In this document: positions 27,027 through 32,000 of the stretch, in pieces | How the letters are laid out: each line of letters begins with the position of its first letter | Numbering within the stretch: the first letter of the stretch is position 1 | DNA from: Nanobdella aerobiophila | GTDB lineage: Archaea; Nanobdellota; Nanobdellia; Nanobdellales; Nanobdellaceae | Reading direction: 5' to 3' | NCBI RefSeq assembly: GCF_023169545.1 | Contig: NZ_AP019769.1 | Span: 240,001 to 272,000, forward strand | DNA length: 32,000 nucleotides | Notes under the pieces: model-generated | What the model saw: only the letters and a program-made list of their open reading frames with translations | What the model was told of the DNA's origin: nothing | The model's database searches: none | Position numbers and translations under genes: made by a program

Positions 27027-28452
27027 GTTTCTTTCTTCTATAGATATAGTATGCTATTATAATAATTATAACTGATACTATTATAAATAAGAAGCTACCA
27101 TTATTATTTGTATATTTTATATTTAAATTATATCCAATATCTTTTAATGGTATATTGTATCTTAATACATAATAATTTCCATATATATCCGAATAATATA
27201 CTTTTACAATAATTGTAGAATTATATAAATAAGAGGGATTTTCAGATGATATAGTATAAACTACAGAATTTGAATTTCCAGGATCTAATTCTCCGATATA
27301 GCCTTGATCTGGTGTTATTATACAATTATTTGAACAATAAACATCCATATACATATTATAAGCAGGAGCATATCCATAATTAAATATATTAAATGTTATT
27401 GTCCCATCATTATAAGAACCTGATATAGTTATATTTGGATATGTATTAATGTTTTCTATAATATTCCCACTCAAATTATTTAATATCGAATTAGAATAAT
27501 ATTGAATTTGAAATGGTATACTTATTGTTCCATATACATTATTTGGTACTACTATAGTTAATGGTATATATAAATATTGTCCAGGTTTTATTGAATTAAT
27601 GTATATATTATTATTTTCTATAGATATGTTAGACCCTTCAAAATTTATAGCAATATCATTTATAGTAGAATTTGTGGGATTATATATTGTTAGATTTATT
27701 ATATTATTTCCAATATTTAAATAAGAGATATTATATAATAATTCTATTCTATTATTTGAGTTTATTATCGGTACATTTACTGATGTAAAATAATTTCCTA
27801 TATTTCCTAAACTATCTTCATATTGTATATTTATAGGTATTGTACAATAATTGTCTGCATAATTCGGGGGGATAATTAATTGAAAGTTTAATAATTGAGA
27901 ACTATTTAAATTGTTTAAATAAAATGCGGTTGGTTGAAGTGCACATTCAGTAGAATTTGATTCTATTAATACATTATTTATATTACCGCCATTATTTGTA
28001 ATATTAAGAGTTATATTTGATATAGCACCATAGTAATTATTATTATAATATATATTATTTATTGTTATATATGGTAAATTTTGTATTATTATTGGATATA
28101 TTTGAGAAGTGTAACTTACACCATTATTATTTACATAAGAACCATTTATAACAATATCATATGCTCCTGGATTACAAGAGTCATAAACATTTAAATATGT
28201 ACAATAATTATTATTTTCCTCTAAATAGGGTATATATACACTTGAAGTATTTGAATATAGACAATATGGATAATATATATTTAATGTAATTAAGTTGTCT
28301 GTAGATTGATCATTATTCAATATACAAACCTCTAAATTAATGTTATTGTTTGTATTCACAATATTTGGAGATATTTTTGTTATATTAATTTGTATAGAAA
28401 ATATATTATATGACATTAACAACAGAAGTAATATATATAGCAACTTTTTCAT
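27013..28452 (-). CDS. Exported CARDB/NEW3-like protein with C-terminal TM anchor
   Basis: Signal-like N-terminus, repeated beta-sandwich-like units, C-terminal FLFIIVSVIIIIIAYYIYRRKKHENR; embedded in the ABC operon. Confidence 0.65.
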   Translation of the reverse strand: MKKLLYILLLLLMSYNIFSIQINITKISPNIVNTNNNINLEVCILNNDQSTDNLITLNIYYPYCLYSNTSSVYIPYLEENNNYCTYLNVYDSCNPGAYDIVINGSYVNNNGVSYTSQIYPIIIQNLPYITINNIYYNNNYYGAISNITLNITNNGGNINNVLIESNSTECALQPTAFYLNNLNSSQLLNFQLIIPPNYADNYCTIPINIQYEDSLGNIGNYFTSVNVPIINSNNRIELLYNISYLNIGNNIINLTIYNPTNSTINDIAINFEGSNISIENNNIYINSIKPGQYLYIPLTIVVPNNVYGTISIPFQIQYYSNSILNNLSGNIIENINTYPNITISGSYNDGTITFNIFNYGYAPAYNMYMDVYCSNNCIITPDQGYIGELDPGNSNSVVYTISSENPSYLYNSTIIVKVYYSDIYGNYYVLRYNIPLKDIGYNLNIKYTNNNGSFLFIIVSVIIIIIAYYIYRRKKHENR

Positions 28453-28482
28453 GACTTATAATAATAAAAAATCTTTATAAAT

Positions 28483-29178
28483 CTATTTTAGTAGCTCTAA
28501 TGCTTCATCTACCGTAGTGTTATCAGATAGGATCTTTCCATTTCTTATCACGACGATTCTTTCTGTTTGTTCAGCAATTCTAGGATCATGGGTTACTATT
28601 GCAATAGTTTTTCCTTCTTCTTTATTTAGTTTTTTTAGTATATCTATAACATCATTTGCAGATTTTTCATCTAAATTTCCTGTAGGTTCATCCGCCAATA
28701 TCAATTTTGGATCATTAGCTAAGGCTCTTGCTATTACTACTCTTTGTTGCTGTCCTCCTGATAATTGATTTGGTAAATTATATAATCTATTTCCTAAGCC
28801 AACCTTTTCTAATAATTCTTTAGCTTTATTATTTTTTTTATTAGCGATTTTCGTTATTAATTCAACATTTTCTAAAGCATTTAAATAATTAAATAAATAA
28901 AATTGTTGGAAAATAAATCCTATATAATTTTTTCTAATTTTTGATAACTCTTTATCAGATAATTTTAATATATCAAATCCAAATAAATTGATTTTTCCAG
29001 AAGTTGGTTTATCTAAACAACCAATTATTGATAATAGCGTACTTTTTCCAGAACCTGATGGCCCCATAATAGAAATTAATTCTCCTTCCTCTACTTCTAG
29101 ATTAATATTATCTAATGCTTTGATATAAGAATCGCCAATCTTATATATCTTTGTTACATTTTCTAATTTAATTATCAT
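28483..29178 (-). CDS. ABC transporter ATP-binding protein (MacB/LolD family)
   Basis: GPSGSGKSTLLSIIGCLDKPTSGKI, LSGGQQQRVVIARALANDPKLILADEPTGNLDEKS. Confidence 0.96.
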   Translation of the reverse strand: MIIKLENVTKIYKIGDSYIKALDNINLEVEEGELISIMGPSGSGKSTLLSIIGCLDKPTSGKINLFGFDILKLSDKELSKIRKNYIGFIFQQFYLFNYLNALENVELITKIANKKNNKAKELLEKVGLGNRLYNLPNQLSGGQQQRVVIARALANDPKLILADEPTGNLDEKSANDVIDILKKLNKEEGKTIAIVTHDPRIAEQTERIVVIRNGKILSDNTTVDEALELLK

Positions 29179-29816
29179 TATATAGATATATTAATATAAT
29201 TTTTTAATTCAAACATATTTATTATTCTTGGATAATTAATTTCTGGATATCTCCATGCAAGTCTCAAAGGATATGGAGGATAATATACTTTTTTATATAG
29301 ATTTATTTTTATGCTTATTTTACTTAAGTTTGTATTTTTATCGTCTATATAATATAAATTGCTATCTATATCTTTTAAATATAATAAAGCATCTTGTATA
29401 TTCTTATATTCTTCAGATCCATATATTAGTATATCTTTAAAATATTTATCTAATCTTGTTTCTTTTATCCTTTTTATTTTAATATCTTTTGTATCATCTG
29501 TTGAAGTTACCATATACAAATCAACTTTGTTTTTTATTTTTTCTAAAAATTCTATAGTATCTGGTAATATTATCTGATTTTTAGTTCGAATTTTCCAGTA
29601 TTGCTCTATTATAAAATCTGGATTATCTTTTATGATAAATCTAATCCATTTACCTCTTTCAAATATCCCAAAAAAGTCTCCTAACTCCTCGATCATTAGC
29701 ATTGCGTCCACAAAACCATTATTAAGATCTAATTCTTCTTTTATTTTTTCATATATTGATGGTATTATGGTATAACTATCTACTAAAGTTCCATCAAAAT
29801 CTGTTGCTAAAATCAT
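29178..29816 (-). CDS. HAD superfamily hydrolase
   Basis: N-terminal DFDGTLVDSY, TSTDD motif II, and IKRIKETRLDKYFKDILIYGS. Confidence 0.8.
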   Translation of the reverse strand: MILATDFDGTLVDSYTIIPSIYEKIKEELDLNNGFVDAMLMIEELGDFFGIFERGKWIRFIIKDNPDFIIEQYWKIRTKNQIILPDTIEFLEKIKNKVDLYMVTSTDDTKDIKIKRIKETRLDKYFKDILIYGSEEYKNIQDALLYLKDIDSNLYYIDDKNTNLSKISIKINLYKKVYYPPYPLRLAWRYPEINYPRIINMFELKNYINISI

Positions 29817-30122
29817 TTAAAATACTTCTTGGTCTAGTAAAATTTTATATCTCAATATATCCTGTGAAATACTCAGTATATTGTTATTTAGTTTTTTTTG
29901 TAATTCGATTATATTTATAAATATTTTATATTCATCTTCCTTTAATAATGGTCTACTTAGTTCCATTTTATTAAAATTTTCTAATTCTTCAGTTATCTCT
30001 TCCATGTTATCTATGATCTCTTTTATAGACTTTATATTATTTTTTATATTTTTTAAAACCTGAATTTCTCTTTTATTTAATTCAATATCATGGTCTTCTG
30101 CATCTCTTATAGGATCAACCAT
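29817..30122 (-). CDS. Hypothetical small coiled-coil protein
   Basis: 101-aa charged helical ORF, tightly packed between neighbouring genes. Confidence 0.5.
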   Translation of the reverse strand: MVDPIRDAEDHDIELNKREIQVLKNIKNNIKSIKEIIDNMEEITEELENFNKMELSRPLLKEDEYKIFINIIELQKKLNNNILSISQDILRYKILLDQEVF

Positions 30123-30145
30123 AATTTAAAGAAATATTTGTTTAT

Positions 30146-30454
30146 TTATAAATTTAATTCTATTTTATTATCATATTCTTTTGTTATATCCCATATTCTT
30201 AATTTTTTACTATATATACTTTTTGGTTCTTTTGTATTATCATCTATAACCAACACTATAGTTCCTGTAATTAATTTATTTTGTCCAATACTCTCTTCTA
30301 TTTTGAATCCAAATCTTTGTAGTAATTTTGTGAATTCTTTTTTATATTTATTTATAATATCCTTATCTTTTGCTGATATTGCTCCATAAAAATTTCTAAT
30401 AAAACTCCTACCAGTTGGATTAACAGGCCTTAATATTTCTATTTCTATCTCCAT
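30146..30454 (-). CDS. Hypothetical protein
   Basis: 102-aa ORF on the coding strand of the local operon; no family confidently recognised. Confidence 0.5.
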   Translation of the reverse strand: MEIEIEILRPVNPTGRSFIRNFYGAISAKDKDIINKYKKEFTKLLQRFGFKIEESIGQNKLITGTIVLVIDDNTKEPKSIYSKKLRIWDITKEYDNKIELNL

Positions 30455-30499
30455 AAAATTTTATTAATAAATAAAAATTTAAAGATAATAGATCTTTAG

Positions 30500-31171
30500 A
30501 TGAAAATATTAGTTAGTAGTGATCTCCATTTACCATATAATATGAAGGAAATTTATGATTCTATAAATAAGATAGATGAGAATATAGATATTATAATACT
30601 TGCTGGTGATATTATAGATAATAAGCAGCATATATATTTAAAAAAGATATATTATATGCTTAATCAAAAATTTAATAATAAAAAAATATTTTCTACATTT
30701 GGAAATAATGAAGCTTCTTTTTTATTAGATGATAAAAATTATAAGGACTATTATAAAAAGGAATATAACAGTTTTATATGGTTGGATTATGATTTTTATG
30801 ATTTGGGAGATTACTATATAGTTGGTTTTGAGGGATTTCCGGATAGAACTTGGAAATTGAGTAATATATCAGAGATAAAAAAATATTATATAAGTAAATT
30901 AAGAAGTATATTCGAGAAATTAGACAAAAAGATAATAGTATTTTCTCATTATGGACTCTCAAGAGATACTGTATTAGGTGATCCTGGTCCTTTATGGGCT
31001 TTGTATTCTCCTGATATACAAAACTTGATAGAAGAATATTCTGATAAAATTATTATTGGTTTTCATGGTCATGTTCATCAGGCTGCGAATATAAGAGCTA
31101 AATTAAATAATACAGAAATTTATAATGTTGCATTTCCTATACATAAAAGATTTTTAATATTTGAAGTCTAA
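30500..31171 (+). CDS. Calcineurin-like metallophosphoesterase
   Basis: SSDLHLPYN, ILAGDIID, FGNNE, VFSHYG, GFHGHVHQ. Confidence 0.93.
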   Translation: MKILVSSDLHLPYNMKEIYDSINKIDENIDIIILAGDIIDNKQHIYLKKIYYMLNQKFNNKKIFSTFGNNEASFLLDDKNYKDYYKKEYNSFIWLDYDFYDLGDYYIVGFEGFPDRTWKLSNISEIKKYYISKLRSIFEKLDKKIIVFSHYGLSRDTVLGDPGPLWALYSPDIQNLIEEYSDKIIIGFHGHVHQAANIRAKLNNTEIYNVAFPIHKRFLIFEV

Positions 31172-31180
31172 TTTTTATTT

Positions 31181-32000
31181 GTGGAATGTTCTATATTTAA
31201 AGAAGTAAATAATTATCTAAAAGATTATAGCGAATTGTATAATTTTTTTAATCAATATAAAGACAGGATATTATTTAAGGATAAAAGGGAGATAAAAGAG
31301 AAAGATTTCCTTGTAGAAGCTTACTTTAGTTATAAAGAAAATAATATTATTCTGCCGAATGAGTTTTGTAATGTAAAAAAATCTATGATCTTTAAATATA
31401 AATACTATTATTCTTTATATGCTTTTATTCATGAACTAATACATGCATATGACTATAATAAATTAAATATTTTTGACCCTAAGGTAGGGGAATTAAAAGC
31501 AGTTGCTCTGGCTCTGGTAATCATAAATAATACATATATATCAAAGAAGGTTATAAAACAAACTTATAATATTAATCCATTGAATTATGTATATATTAAT
31601 GCCTTAAATTATCTAATTATAGGATTTAATTCTTCTTATAATAATATAAAGGAGATTTTTAGATCAATAAATAGATCTACTTTAGATGATAAGTTGAATA
31701 ATACTAAAGATATTTTATATAATTATCTCTTAAGTAAAATAGATACAATAGTAATATATGATATTAAATTGCATAATTATGAAAGACTTCATGAAGATAT
31801 ATCAAAAATTATAAAGGAATTGGTTGAAAATGATTATAATCCAAAAGATTATAGCTCATTGGATAGGATCTTAAATAAAATCTTAGAGTATTTAAGGGCA
31901 TTCTATAGAAATGAAGCTTTCATATTAATAGATAAGATTTTCAGATATATAAACTCTTATTATATAGGAGCTAGATTAGGTTATTTTTTATTAAAGATAT
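31181..32000 (+). CDS. Partial ORF (GTG start, runs off the window) encoding a putative zincin-like protein
   Basis: Manual translation from GTG 31181 is open to 32000 and contains YAFIHELIHAYDY (HExxH). Absent from the ORF track because it is truncated. Confidence 0.65.
   Translation, partial: MECSIFKEVNNYLKDYSELYNFFNQYKDRILFKDKREIKEKDFLVEAYFSYKENNIILPNEFCNVKKSMIFKYKYYYSLYAFIHELIHAYDYNKLNIFDPKVGELKAVALALVIINNTYISKKVIKQTYNINPLNYVYINALNYLIIGFNSSYNNIKEIFRSINRSTLDDKLNNTKDILYNYLLSKIDTIVIYDIKLHNYERLHEDISKIIKELVENDYNPKDYSSLDRILNKILEYLRAFYRNEAFILIDKIFRYINSYYIGARLGYFLLKI

Noticed and set aside
30146-30454. Ribosomal protein S24e assignment
   Set aside because: Length fits, but the sequence does not show the expected S24e motifs; left as hypothetical.

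Overview
The window is a compact, AT-rich archaeal chromosomal segment. Evidence includes archaeal-type RadA, PCNA, a histone-fold protein, aIF5A, ribosomal proteins S8e and L15e, an Sm-like protein, aMBF1, ATP-dependent DNA ligase and leaderless TATA-box promoters. The very low GC, small genes, overlapping ORFs and N-rich surface proteins suggest a reduced DPANN/Nanoarchaeota-like genome, but that placement is inference only. Most of it is housekeeping: information processing, DNA repair, transporters and surface proteins. It also holds tRNA-Ile(GAT), tRNA-Phe(GAA) and tRNA-Leu(TAA), the last with a 25-nt intron. The best candidate for something unusual is a nucleotidyltransferase (MNT) plus HEPN-like gene pair bracketed by two identical 43-bp direct repeats. 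Each repeat contains a hairpin and a TATA-like palindrome. Secondary points are an ATL-endonuclease V fusion with apparent active-site substitutions, a SufC gene coupled to a very short SufB/D-like protein, the tRNA-Leu intron, and an ABC transporter operon with an interposed exported protein. I found no CRISPR array, rRNA or recognisable transposase. I cannot claim with confidence that a truly novel system is present.
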